Positions 1 through 10,246 are shown, counted from the stretch's first letter. The stretch: 64,000 bases of DNA from an uncultured Rubripirellula sp. (GCA_938085445.1 CALKGR010000003.1:32001-96000), one strand, 5' to 3'. Made by a program: numbers and translations. The notes: generated by a model not told the origin, from the sequence alone.

Positions 1-705
1 ATGAATGTTGTGCCCCTCAAAGCGAACAATTGCAGCATCGGCCGAGAACGTCTCTTCATCAATCACAGCGGCGCCACCGCCATCAAGCGTGTATGCGACG
101 GTCGCATTTAGTTTTTCCAAATCGATCTTATCCGTACCACGACCAATTTCTTCGTCGCATGTGAACAGAACTTTCACAGGTCCATGGGCCAAATGTGGAT
201 TCTCAACTAGGGTCGCCACCAATTCCATGATGATTGCGACACCAGCCTTATCATCACCTCCCAGAAGAGTATTCCCGTCAGTCGTGACCAAAGTCATGCC
301 AAGCATGGACTTCAAGGCAGGACATGATTCAATATCGATCACTTTCCCGCTGGGCAACTTGATATCACCACCTTCATAGGACTGTATGACCTGAGGCTGA
401 ACATTTTCTCCGGGTGCCTCGGGAGATGTATCGAGATGGGCCACCAGTGCTACGGTCGGTCCTTGACCCCCGTTGCTGGCAGGTATAGTCCCCCAGACCA
501 ATGCATGTTCATCCTGACACGCGTCTTCAATCGTCAATTTCTGAAGTTCCTCGAGTAACAATTTACCTAATTCCCACTGACCGGATGAACTTGGATAGCC
601 ATCACTGCTCGGGTCGGCAGAGGTACCCACCTGCACATACGACAAAAAACGTTGAAGAAGTCTTTCACGGTTGATCTGAACGCGATCGGCACTGGCAGCG
701 GTCAT
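1..705 (-). CDS. pepT: Peptidase T (tripeptide aminopeptidase, M20B); 3' part runs off the window
   Basis: Manual minus-strand translation from ATG at 705: MTAASADRVQINRERLLQRFLSYVQV...VAHLDTSPE...TTDGNTLLGGDDKAG...FTCDEEIGRG...AYTLDGG. These are PepT metal-binding motifs; the frame stays open to position 1. Confidence 0.9.
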   Translation of the reverse strand, partial: MTAASADRVQINRERLLQRFLSYVQVGTSADPSSDGYPSSSGQWELGKLLLEELQKLTIEDACQDEHALVWGTIPASNGGQGPTVALVAHLDTSPEAPGENVQPQVIQSYEGGDIKLPSGKVIDIESCPALKSMLGMTLVTTDGNTLLGGDDKAGVAIIMELVATLVENPHLAHGPVKVLFTCDEEIGRGTDKIDLEKLNATVAYTLDGGGAAVIDEETFSADAAIVRFEGHNIH

Positions 706-830
706 ATTGATTTGCAGAAAACGGGGAAAGAGGACGTGTCAGTCGGGTCCGTTAGAACACAGAACCGGTAAGTTATACATTGTGTCACTGAATCAGAAAC
801 TGTTTTTAACACATCGCGGACAATCAGAAG

Positions 831-1670
831 ATGAGCGAGAAAGTCGCACACCTCGTATTTGACGTCGAGAGCATTGCTGATGGAGACCTGATTTCAAAAG
901 TTCGTTATCCCGACCAAAACCTGAGCGACAGCGAAGCAATCGCAACGTATCAGGACGAATTGATGGAACAGCGCGGGACAACTTTTATTCCACATACGTT
1001 CCAAATACCCATCGCTGTCGTGATCGCAAAAGTCGCGGCCAACTTACAATTGCTCGATATCGTATCCATTGATGAACCCGAATTTCGACCTCACGTCATC
1101 ACTGAAAACTTCTGGAGAGGGTGGGAAGCATATAAAAATCCGCAATGGGTCACCTTCAATGGACGATCATTTGACATCCCCTTGATGGAACTTGCGGCAT
1201 TTCGGTTCGGCATTTCCCTGCCAGCGTGGTTCAGATCAGATGGCTACAAATCGCCAAGGAACCGATTCAATTCAACTGCTCACCTGGATCTGCAGGATGT
1301 GCTGACCAACCATGGGGCCGCAAGGTGCAATGGTGGATTGAATCTTGTCGCGCAACTACTTGGAAAACCTGGCAAAATGGGACTGACCGGAGACAAGGTC
1401 CAAGAGCAGTGGGATGCAGGCCATAAAATGGCCATCAGTGACTACTGCCGCTGCGATGTTCTGGACACCTATTTCGTCTTTCTGCGAGCGCAAGTGCTCA
1501 CGGGTAAAATCTCGCTGCAAGAGGAAATCGAATTGGTAGACGCCGCAAAAAAGTGGATTGAGAAAAGAACTGAGACATGCGAGGCGTATGCTTCGTATCT
1601 TGCCAGTTGGAGCAATTGGAAGAATCCGTGGGAAACCACTGAAAGGGAAGCGAATAGCGATTCAACGTGA
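831..1670 (+). CDS. Stand-alone 3'-5' exonuclease related to the PolB proofreading domain (DEDDy)
   Basis: ExoI FDVES, ExoII TFNGRSFDIP, HLDL and ExoIII YCRCDV motifs; no polymerase domain. Confidence 0.8.
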   Translation: MSEKVAHLVFDVESIADGDLISKVRYPDQNLSDSEAIATYQDELMEQRGTTFIPHTFQIPIAVVIAKVAANLQLLDIVSIDEPEFRPHVITENFWRGWEAYKNPQWVTFNGRSFDIPLMELAAFRFGISLPAWFRSDGYKSPRNRFNSTAHLDLQDVLTNHGAARCNGGLNLVAQLLGKPGKMGLTGDKVQEQWDAGHKMAISDYCRCDVLDTYFVFLRAQVLTGKISLQEEIELVDAAKKWIEKRTETCEAYASYLASWSNWKNPWETTEREANSDST

Positions 1671-1890
1671 AGATCCACGTGAAACGCTACGTGAAACCGT
1701 AGCTCACCCTCACAAATTCACCTTTACCTCATCAACCCCGTCTGGCTACTGTCCGAAATGTAGAGAAGCGTCATTGTCGGGCGTTCTCTCTTTTGACCTG
1801 CGCCAACTTTTACCACTTCGAATTTTATCAATGGCTGGACACGGAAGTCTTCGCCCAAAAAATCTGCTCTCAAAATTACCTGTCATGGTA

Positions 1891-4800
1891 ATGCGATGGA
1901 AATACGTCGAAGCGTGCTTGCAATTAGCCATCCTGCCTTTTCTCGTGTTGCTGTGTGCAGGAGAGCAAACTGCAATAGGTGATCCTGGAATCAACCTGCA
2001 AACTTCACGAAAAAACACCCTTGATATTGCTCTGGATTTTGACTGGGCAGTCCAGGAGGCACAGTACTGTCACTTACGATTACGATTGCTTGATGACTCT
2101 GCCAATCATGGGTACATGATCCATGAACTCACTAATCAATCTGATTCCGACAAAACGGTTGCAGCCTTCTCGCTAAATGAAGACGCGACTCAAGTGACCT
2201 TTCACCCACGCGGACAAATCAATTCCGTACGTGTCAGGCTACGGGTGCAGGGCACACCCGAAACGCGAATTGTTATCGAATCACTGAACGATCCCCGGAA
2301 CCCAGCGGGAGTTCAAATTGCGCAACCAATACGTGAAATCAGCTTCGCGGACCTGCTACAGAAAAAGACACTTCGCTCAGACACACCGTTAGTAACATCA
2401 AAGACCACTAAGCGATACTCAACTTGGTCAATCCGCCGGACAGATGATGATGAATTGCGACTCACCGGCCTGCAAGCAGTCCCCGTCTACGAGCCCAAGG
2501 CATCTCTCAAACTAGCTGCCGCTGTCAATGCAATGGCAGGCCAAGCATCATCCTTGCTGACCTTCCACTACTCGATTGTTCAGGTTTCCAACCAAAAGAC
2601 AGTCGTACGGCATCGAAGATCAATCAGCATTAATGCCGCCGGTAACAGTGACGTGATTCCGATGGCTGATTCGGTTCCCGAAACACCAGGGGTTTACGAG
2701 ATACGTTGTCATATTTCCAAGGATGATGACCGCATTTGGGATCGACTGCGAGGTCGCGAAGTACCCCTAGTAAAAATTGGTCGTCCATTCTTTGTGGTAT
2801 CGAAACCGGAAATGCCCAGACCAACCGACACAGAAAAGTGGCAAATTGCCGGAACACTCCGGCCCTCGGAATCAAATTGGTCTGTGGGTCAGTGGTTACC
2901 CAAAACCACCAGCCGTTTCATCCCAGGAGTCAATTCTACTGAGCCTGAGACCAAACTTGCTCAAGTTCAGCACTCCGGCGAAACAGTTTCCCTGCTACCA
3001 GATCACGAACCATTTCAAGCAAGTTTGCCGGTACTCAATCCTGGTAAACCTCACAAAATTAAATTGCGGTTGCCGGCGACTCAGAACATACAACTGCAAA
3101 TTGAAGCAGGTGGTCTATACGAGCGCGAACGGCCCTCTACCAAATTCATTCTGTCAGACACCAAGACAATTGATCTGAAAGAGCAATGGCGAACCTACAC
3201 ATTCGTGCATTACCCAGCCAAAGATGACCAGATCTGGCTGACCAATCTCGGCGATAGTGCCTTGCAACTGGAATCGATCGAAGTTCAAGCAGGACCACAA
3301 TATCTGGTCCCACCTCAGGGCGATGATGATGAAATTCTAACGATGCCCCAAACGCGAAATACCATCCTGAACGTCGACGACATCAACTGGGTGGATTCGC
3401 TATCCAGAGATGTGGCAAGAACACATTCATTGGATGATTTTGATGTACGAACCATCAACGCCTTCGAATTGTGGGTAGCAATGAATCGGATTTGCGATCT
3501 CGCCAGAGCGAGTGGGATGAACGGAATCATGCTACCAGCAAATGCTGGCGGAACCACACATTTCCAATCGCGAAGCGTATTGCCACGAACAAACTCGACA
3601 CATACAAAAACCAACCATCTGGCAACCACCATCACCTTAATGGCAAACCAGGGTCTGAAAACACATGTGCACCTTGATCCCGATTTCATGCTAATACCTG
3701 TCGAACAAGCCCTTCGACAGCGACCGACTCTTATCCAACAATTGACAAGAATCCAGCAGGGCCATGCATTTCAATACAACCTGCTGCATCCTCTTGTTCA
3801 AGACAGTCTTCAGGAACTGATCGCGGAATTGGTATTTCAATGTGATCAGTCCGCCAATTTTGCGGGCATCACGATCGACTGTAGCTCAGGAAGTCATCTG
3901 CAACCTGTCAAACAGATGTTTAGCAGTGATGCCACCCTGATGACCTTCGCACAATCACTCGATGTGACGGTTGCGACTGAGCAATTGCGTGCCTGGTCAA
4001 AAACTGAAGGACGGGCAACCTACAAAAACTGGGTGCTGCAGGCTACCAACCGCTGCTTCCGGGACCTTCAAAATTCCGTATCCCAAACTGCACTCGACCT
4101 CAAATTCGACCCATCTGTCCACCGAACTATCCAGCCCAAGCCCGCTGATTTGGATACCCAAGTTTTCAAACCCGAAGACAACTTTCCGATCGGTTTTGGT
4201 AACGCACATGCGTATACAGATTCACGATTATTGGTCAGAAAACCTCTGCGTGTTCCAGCGCCGTCCGCAGAAGGTGCAGTAGCATCCAGTGTTTACTTCA
4301 ACACGCAATTGGAACTCGCTAACACTGCTCTCGTTCAGAATCAGAAGAGCTTGTTGGAAGATACATCTCATCTGATTGATCGACTGGACCCCACTAACCT
4401 CGTCATTCAACTTCCCATTGATGGTCGCGTTTTACGGCCACACCTCAGCACACTATTGCGAGCGTTTCGGACCTTGCCGCAGACTGGCATGCAATCGGTC
4501 AATGTCGAAAGTGGATCCCAAAACACTGTTCTTGTAAAAAGCGTTCAAACAGATGATTACTTGCACCTTGCGTGTCTCAGCCTGACACCTTGGGCAAACG
4601 AAATCGACATTGAAACCAGTGAGAAAGTTCAATGGAGAGCCTTCGACGGAAAGTCGGAAGGAATTGAAGTAGAACAACTGAGTGGCAATCGGACACGAAT
4701 TCAAGTCACAGAAGGACGTTTAATTCTACTTCAATCAACTCAACCAGTGGGCGATGTTAAAATCACTTCCTGCCATGCACGACTCAGTGGCGGGACGGCA

Positions 4801-5595
4801 GCATTGGCAAAAATCAAAGAAAAAGTAACGTTGGTCGCTCAACGAATTGGGATTTTATTTGACTTCGAATCTTACGACGCTCTGAATAATGGAGGATTCG
4901 AAAATGCAGGCGGCTTGGGACTGGTAGGTTGGTTACATGCACAACATCCAGCAGGCTGCGTCCGGATTGACGACACCCAACCTTTTGAAGGTAAACACTC
5001 AATCCTGCTCACCACAGAAACCAATACAAAAGCAAGAACGTGGCTAGTCAGCGAGACCATCACACCACCCGAGTCAGGCCGACTTGCCGTCTCCCTGGCG
5101 TGTCGTGCCGAAGCCAGTTTGAACGCTGGTATCCACCATCTGAGAATCTCTCTCGAAGGCACCGAAAACGGAAAACCAGTCCGCTATTCCAATGAGATTG
5201 AAGTCCCTAAAAATGGTCAGTGGGGAAATCGGGAAGTGCAACTCGAAGCACTCAACATCGATGCTGCCAACATGCACTCCTTGCGTCTCACCATCGACAA
5301 CCTTTCAAGCGGTCAGATCTGGCTTGACGACATCAGACTCCATGATCAGTTTCCCACTGTTGGCGAAAGAGATGAATTGCAAAGTGGAGCATTCCTCGCG
5401 GTGCAGGGTCTGCAAAAAAGTAATCTAGCGCCGGCGGGTCGATTATTACAGAACGGATGGGCGCGGTACCTGTTGCGACTTGATCCACTGCAAGACACCC
5501 AATCCAAGACAACAGACATAGAAGAGAAAAAAGAGGAGATCCCCGGAATCGCAGAGCGAATCCGTGATTGGATCCCCCGGCCTCTACGTTTTTAA
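1891..5595 (+). CDS. Large exported planctomycete protein with a possible degenerate glycoside-hydrolase-like barrel and a C-terminal carbohydrate-binding-like domain
   Basis: Long ORF (open from 1558; ATG 1891 precedes the hydrophobic LQLAILPFLVLLCAG). Central YNLLHPLVQ...FAGITID segment; C-terminal LNNGGFE...GW...EGKHS...IWLDDIRL resembles a CBM4/9-like jelly roll. Start uncertain (1831/1885/1891). Confidence 0.6.
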   Translation: MRWKYVEACLQLAILPFLVLLCAGEQTAIGDPGINLQTSRKNTLDIALDFDWAVQEAQYCHLRLRLLDDSANHGYMIHELTNQSDSDKTVAAFSLNEDATQVTFHPRGQINSVRVRLRVQGTPETRIVIESLNDPRNPAGVQIAQPIREISFADLLQKKTLRSDTPLVTSKTTKRYSTWSIRRTDDDELRLTGLQAVPVYEPKASLKLAAAVNAMAGQASSLLTFHYSIVQVSNQKTVVRHRRSISINAAGNSDVIPMADSVPETPGVYEIRCHISKDDDRIWDRLRGREVPLVKIGRPFFVVSKPEMPRPTDTEKWQIAGTLRPSESNWSVGQWLPKTTSRFIPGVNSTEPETKLAQVQHSGETVSLLPDHEPFQASLPVLNPGKPHKIKLRLPATQNIQLQIEAGGLYERERPSTKFILSDTKTIDLKEQWRTYTFVHYPAKDDQIWLTNLGDSALQLESIEVQAGPQYLVPPQGDDDEILTMPQTRNTILNVDDINWVDSLSRDVARTHSLDDFDVRTINAFELWVAMNRICDLARASGMNGIMLPANAGGTTHFQSRSVLPRTNSTHTKTNHLATTITLMANQGLKTHVHLDPDFMLIPVEQALRQRPTLIQQLTRIQQGHAFQYNLLHPLVQDSLQELIAELVFQCDQSANFAGITIDCSSGSHLQPVKQMFSSDATLMTFAQSLDVTVATEQLRAWSKTEGRATYKNWVLQATNRCFRDLQNSVSQTALDLKFDPSVHRTIQPKPADLDTQVFKPEDNFPIGFGNAHAYTDSRLLVRKPLRVPAPSAEGAVASSVYFNTQLELANTALVQNQKSLLEDTSHLIDRLDPTNLVIQLPIDGRVLRPHLSTLLRAFRTLPQTGMQSVNVESGSQNTVLVKSVQTDDYLHLACLSLTPWANEIDIETSEKVQWRAFDGKSEGIEVEQLSGNRTRIQVTEGRLILLQSTQPVGDVKITSCHARLSGGTAALAKIKEKVTLVAQRIGILFDFESYDALNNGGFENAGGLGLVGWLHAQHPAGCVRIDDTQPFEGKHSILLTTETNTKARTWLVSETITPPESGRLAVSLACRAEASLNAGIHHLRISLEGTENGKPVRYSNEIEVPKNGQWGNREVQLEALNIDAANMHSLRLTIDNLSSGQIWLDDIRLHDQFPTVGERDELQSGAFLAVQGLQKSNLAPAGRLLQNGWARYLLRLDPLQDTQSKTTDIEEKKEEIPGIAERIRDWIPRPLRF

Positions 5596-5619
5596 CGTCT
5601 GCCACCGAATACAAAATTT

Positions 5620-6321
5620 GCAAGTTTCAATGGGCCAAGCAGATTGGAATCGTTGTGCTGGCGATTCTTGTACTTACCTCACTCTGTAGCCGGTGTTTAC
5701 TCACAGAGACGCGGATCGCACCTGCGTTCTATAAACAGGCAACGCTACTCAGCCATCCTGACCCAGAAGTCGGAAGCTACCGGCTCAAGGCCAATGTCAC
5801 CAAACTGCAACGGGATGCCTCCAAACCAGGCTCATGGGAAGCAAGGCTCAACGAAGACGACATCAGTGCGTGGCTTATCCAACAACTACCCCTGCAATTC
5901 AAGCAACCGAAACATCCAGGTGTAAGCGCCCCAAGAATCGGCATTCAGCAAAACTTTTGATTGGCAGCTGCAGGCTACGAGGACGCGAGATTTGACACCG
6001 TTATTTCCTGTGAACTACATGTGGAACTCACATACGCACCCAACCTGCTGGCCATCCACATTCGCAAGCTGAGAGCTATTGCCGTCTCCTTGCCAATTAG
6101 CCAGATTATCACTGGCATCAGTGCAGAAGCCGCAAAGGAAGGTCTTGATATCAACTGTGACCGCACAGAGTTCGGTCCCACTGCCTTTGTTCAAGTGCCA
6201 CGCAAACACACCAGACATGCATACAGTCCTATTCACCATTGAATCAATCCAATTGATGGACAGACCCACCATGCTTACGGGCCACGCTGGGACGAAAGCA
6301 AAAGCTTGTTACAAAACTTGA
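5620..6321 (+). pseudogene. Probable pseudogene of a membrane-anchored hypothetical protein
   Basis: Protein-like reading (hydrophobic N-terminus, GSWEARLNEDDISAWL...PRIGI) is broken by an in-frame TGA at 5958-5960. It continues in the same frame (AAGYEDARFDTVISCEL...PNLLAIHIRKLRA) and appears to switch frame near 6225-6240 (IESIQLMD...LTGHAG). No clean ATG start. Confidence 0.55.
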
Positions 6322-6344
6322 ATCCTATTCAACCCATTTGTCAC

Positions 6345-6806
6345 CTATCGACCGAATGTAAAATGCAATTCAAAATTTGGTTCTGAGTCCGCAAGCTCTC
6401 CTTGCCGCCGTTGAACGATCTCGAGTAACCCACTTCGAACACCACATTCTGTCTGCCAACGCAAAGCTGCTTTAAAAGCAACTTCAGCCAAAGCACTTGT
6501 CAGTTGCAGGTACTCGCCGGCAACCACTCTCTGCACACAACCTCGCCCCCCACCAAGATCGCCTTCACGATCAAGATAGATCAAACGATGATCGGCCAAC
6601 TTTTGGCAAGTTATAGTAAATGTACTTTCCAAATCAGTAATCAATTCCGTCGACCACGTGGCCAATGCGTCACCAGTCGCAAACATCCAATCCAGATGCG
6701 ACTCTGTCGTCCGGTCGAAACATGGACCAACATCATGCCTCAACAGGACAAAACGCTTCCCAGACTCGTGTCCCCGAGGATCATTATGATCCGATGTTCC
6801 CATCAT
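6345..6806 (-). CDS. Stand-alone LigD-type 3'-phosphoesterase (PE) domain protein
   Basis: RFVLLRH...HLDWM...LATW...DHRLIYLDREG matches the LigD PE H/H-x-D and H-x3-Y pattern. Start uncertain (6833 GTG or 6806 ATG). Confidence 0.65.
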   Translation of the reverse strand: MMGTSDHNDPRGHESGKRFVLLRHDVGPCFDRTTESHLDWMFATGDALATWSTELITDLESTFTITCQKLADHRLIYLDREGDLGGGRGCVQRVVAGEYLQLTSALAEVAFKAALRWQTECGVRSGLLEIVQRRQGELADSEPNFELHFTFGR

Positions 6807-6882
6807 GCCTTCGTTCCAATTCATACCCGTCACTCAACTGCGAAATTCTCAAAACTGAAACAGTCGCTGGGCTAGTGTCTGC

Positions 6883-9285
6883 TCAAGGTTTTTTAACTGC
6901 CTGGTACTGATTTCGCAGAGCCTCATCGAGCGTCCCTTGGGTAAGCAGGACAAACTTCGCACGGCGATATGCTTCTTGCTGGTCACCCATTCTCTGCAAC
7001 ACGCGAATTGCCGCTAATTTGGCTTCGTGCCAGCCGCGTTGACCTTGAGGCAAACCAGACGCTAATTCATCCCACAACGCAACTCCCGCCTGCTGGGCTT
7101 TTGAATTATCCGTGGAGCCCAGCATCATAGCGGACTGCTGTATCGACTTCCGGGGATTTGCCGATGTCTTCCGAACCTCCTTCAGCAGTTCAATCGCCTT
7201 TTCAACATCGCCATTCCACAAAGAACGTTCTGCTGATTCAATGGACACCGATTCTGACCCCATCCACTTTGTCAACAAAGCAAGCGTGTTTGTACGTAAC
7301 GATGAATCAATGCGGGCATCTGCCATCAAACGCTGCTCTATCTGAGGCAACAGATCCAAGGGTGGCGATTCTGTTGGCATTAGTCCACTCTGTCTGAAAG
7401 TGATGATTGAGTCAATGAATCCATCTTCCAAAAAGACGTCGGCCCCCTGTTGCTTGAGATCAACAAGCTCGGATCGATCCAAGTGTAGAGCAGACAGAAG
7501 GCGGTAACGTGAACGCATTGCATCATTGCTGATCAGTTTCTTCATTGCAGCTTGAAAACCAGTCGTCGCTTGCCGCCAAGCAATTTGCATAGGCACCTTA
7601 TTATTAGCGACCTTAGTAGCCACGGTATCAGCGGCACTTTCTTTCAAAACCAACAACCATGCATTCGCAATGGACTGTGATAATTCACCATCAATCGTTG
7701 CAGGTTGAATATCCGAAACGATTTCCGCTGCCTCAAGATAACGTTGCTGTGAAGTAAGAATCTTTTTCAACCAGGTGCGAATGGAGCCTGAATTGGAATC
7801 ATCAGACCACTTCTGCAAGTTCACCCGCAGCATCGCTTCAAGACGTTTGACAGTTGCTGGATTCGACGGATCAAGCCTCGCGAGCAGGATTGCAGCCTGT
7901 AGATGAGTTGCCGATGCTTTCTCGGCAGTTGGTTTCGCCAACGGCACATCCTGCATCAACTCAATTGCATCATTCACGCGTTTTGCTGCTAAAAGTGCTG
8001 CGGCAGCTTCAGCAACTCGGCTCATCGCGCGATCAGGGTCCCTTTCGGCGGCAGCAGCGGCGGCCAAGAGATCACCCGCACGACTGGGATCACCGCGTCG
8101 CAACCAATCCTGACCTTGAGCAGCAACCACAGATGGATCAACAGTGACTTTTGATTGCCCCGTAGCATTCAAGTACGACAGCGAAAGCGCATCAGCGCGA
8201 CGCCTGGCATATGCCCCTCCACGCTGCTGTATTGCTTCCAACCAATCACCAACTCGGCGTCCCCCATTGGTGGCCAGCAAAAACTCAAGTCTTGCCAAGT
8301 CCATGGATAGCGCACTGGGTGCTGTCTCCGGAACCTCACCAAAAAAGTCGCTCAATAATTTTCCGGCCTTTGACATCTGGCCTTGCGCGATACAGGACCG
8401 CACCCTGAGAGCTTGTAATTTAGGAGGTAGAGAATCATTAAATTGCGGTAGCAGCGCTGTCAATAAATTATCACAGCGATCATATTGCGCAGCCTGAAAT
8501 ACCGCTTCTACTCGCAAACGTTCAACTTCTCTTCTCGCATCAGTTCCGACAGGCAACCGTGTAATCGCATCATTTGCTACCTGCTCCGCCTTCGTTGCCG
8601 CTGCGATGCAATCAGCACTACCGCGGGGAAACAAAGCAGTTTGAACCAGTGCAATTGAAACTGCATCGATTTGCAGTTTTTGGCCGAGACGACGCAAATC
8701 AGCAATCACTCCACGACTGGTAGCAGTACGGTCTGATTCGAGCGCTGAGCGTTTCTGTTGAACTTCCTCAGCCAAACTTGAGACATGGGCCATTGCCGTC
8801 AGCAACTGCCGCGTAGCCTGTTCCTGTATTTGGCCGTTGCGGGGAGATACTGCGGCACGCAACACACTGTGCATAGCGAACGACTTTTCGCTATCCAACA
8901 ACTGTGATTTGAGAAATAACTTACGTGGATGGTTCGGATAAGCACCTAACAAATCACTGATTGGACGCTGTACTTCTGCCAACTCATCATTGCCAAACGT
9001 ATCACGCCCCATCTGTCTGGCCGTGAGTATTTTTGACTTTCTCACTCGCCATTTGGCAGCCGCATCGCCTTGAAGTTCCAAGTTGATCGAGCGTATTCGG
9101 CAAAGGTCAAGAGCGTCATCAAAACGTCCACGTTCCAATAAGGCCTGAATCAAATCCTCGTCTCGATCCTGAGTCATCCGTCCAACAATTTTTTCTGACA
9201 GCCCAGCGGCAACAGTTTGCCGATCACTACCTTCAAAGTAGACAGACGCAAGGAGCAACAAAATGATTTGTAAGGCACGAGTCAT
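6883..9285 (-). CDS. Exported alpha-helical solenoid (TPR-like) protein
   Basis: 800 aa with a signal-peptide-like N-terminus and Ala/Leu-rich helical repeats; lies 2 nt downstream of exbD. Confidence 0.65.
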   Translation of the reverse strand: MTRALQIILLLLASVYFEGSDRQTVAAGLSEKIVGRMTQDRDEDLIQALLERGRFDDALDLCRIRSINLELQGDAAAKWRVRKSKILTARQMGRDTFGNDELAEVQRPISDLLGAYPNHPRKLFLKSQLLDSEKSFAMHSVLRAAVSPRNGQIQEQATRQLLTAMAHVSSLAEEVQQKRSALESDRTATSRGVIADLRRLGQKLQIDAVSIALVQTALFPRGSADCIAAATKAEQVANDAITRLPVGTDARREVERLRVEAVFQAAQYDRCDNLLTALLPQFNDSLPPKLQALRVRSCIAQGQMSKAGKLLSDFFGEVPETAPSALSMDLARLEFLLATNGGRRVGDWLEAIQQRGGAYARRRADALSLSYLNATGQSKVTVDPSVVAAQGQDWLRRGDPSRAGDLLAAAAAAERDPDRAMSRVAEAAAALLAAKRVNDAIELMQDVPLAKPTAEKASATHLQAAILLARLDPSNPATVKRLEAMLRVNLQKWSDDSNSGSIRTWLKKILTSQQRYLEAAEIVSDIQPATIDGELSQSIANAWLLVLKESAADTVATKVANNKVPMQIAWRQATTGFQAAMKKLISNDAMRSRYRLLSALHLDRSELVDLKQQGADVFLEDGFIDSIITFRQSGLMPTESPPLDLLPQIEQRLMADARIDSSLRTNTLALLTKWMGSESVSIESAERSLWNGDVEKAIELLKEVRKTSANPRKSIQQSAMMLGSTDNSKAQQAGVALWDELASGLPQGQRGWHEAKLAAIRVLQRMGDQQEAYRRAKFVLLTQGTLDEALRNQYQAVKKP

Positions 9286-9287
9286 GG

Positions 9288-9731
9288 TTACTCCGGCTTA
9301 GCAGCAAATAGCACTCGATCAATCCCCGCTGCGCGTGCGGCATCATAGGCCTGAACAGCAAAAGCCATCGTCACTTTTTCATCGGGATCAACAATCACAG
9401 GTGGCTGCACCCCTAACGCAGTGATTTCAGTCAAACGATCTTCGATATCACTCATGCGATCCAGCGGCTGACCGTTCAATATGATTTGGGTTCCCTCCAC
9501 CTGCCACAGAAGCCGAATGACAATCTCGTCAAATTTCTCAACTGGCATTGCGTCACTGGATGCCTCAGCGGCGCCCATCGGTAATTCAGCGAGAGAACCA
9601 GGCAGATCAAACTCTGGTAATTCGAAGCTGCTGGTCCATACAAAGAAAACCAACAACAGAAACACGACATCGATCATGGGAGTCATTTTTAACTCCAGCG
9701 AATCCTCATTCGAAGTATTTGGCAACCTCAT
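9288..9731 (-). CDS. ExbD/TolR family biopolymer transport protein
   Basis: MTPMIDVVFLLLVFF transmembrane motif with the conserved Asp. Confidence 0.9.
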   Translation of the reverse strand: MRLPNTSNEDSLELKMTPMIDVVFLLLVFFVWTSSFELPEFDLPGSLAELPMGAAEASSDAMPVEKFDEIVIRLLWQVEGTQIILNGQPLDRMSDIEDRLTEITALGVQPPVIVDPDEKVTMAFAVQAYDAARAAGIDRVLFAAKPE

Positions 9732-10150
9732 AATCCAGCCTCCTCGCGAACAGCAATCGCAGCGTCTGTGATTCCAGCCAGAGCTGCTTCGCGGAGTAGC
9801 GGCTCGACCTGTTGGTATTGCACGGCACCATCGGTACGAATCCGAATCGCAGCATCGGCCCCCTGACTAACCTTCAAGTCGGACAAAATTGCCCGCACAC
9901 TAGACAAATCGACCACATCCCCGGAAACCAACCATCGGGCTTGCTGATCGACACTGATCGTCAAGGGTGCTTTGTCCGGATCGACGGGATCAAATGTTGA
10001 GGCAACCGGCAATTCCAGCGGCAGCCGATTCTCCTGTCGTGCCAGGTGACTCGACACCAGAAAAAAAATGATCAACAGAAAAACGACATCGATCATCGGT
10101 GTCATGTTAGCGCCGACACTTCGACGATTTCCTTGATTAGGTATTTGCAT
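9728..10150 (-). CDS. ExbD/TolR family biopolymer transport protein
   Basis: NMTPMIDVVFLLIIFFLV motif and IRTDGAVQY. Start set at ATG 10150 (MQIP); ATGA overlap with the downstream exbD. Confidence 0.9.
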   Translation of the reverse strand: MQIPNQGNRRSVGANMTPMIDVVFLLIIFFLVSSHLARQENRLPLELPVASTFDPVDPDKAPLTISVDQQARWLVSGDVVDLSSVRAILSDLKVSQGADAAIRIRTDGAVQYQQVEPLLREAALAGITDAAIAVREEAGL

Positions 10151-10246
10151 CGCTACATGGTACCTCACGGTCCGGCCACAATCCGATACCCTGTGGTTCG
10201 TGAATTCTGATTTGGCGGCGAGTCCGTACAGCTGGAACCTGTTTTG

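Noticed and set aside
1558..1890. N-terminal extension of the 1345-aa ORF overlapping the exonuclease gene
   Set aside because: Not protein-like; the signal-peptide-like segment begins near 1891.
5958..5960. In-frame TGA as selenocysteine or recoding
   Set aside because: No redox-motif context or evident SECIS-like hairpin, and a second lesion downstream favours decay.
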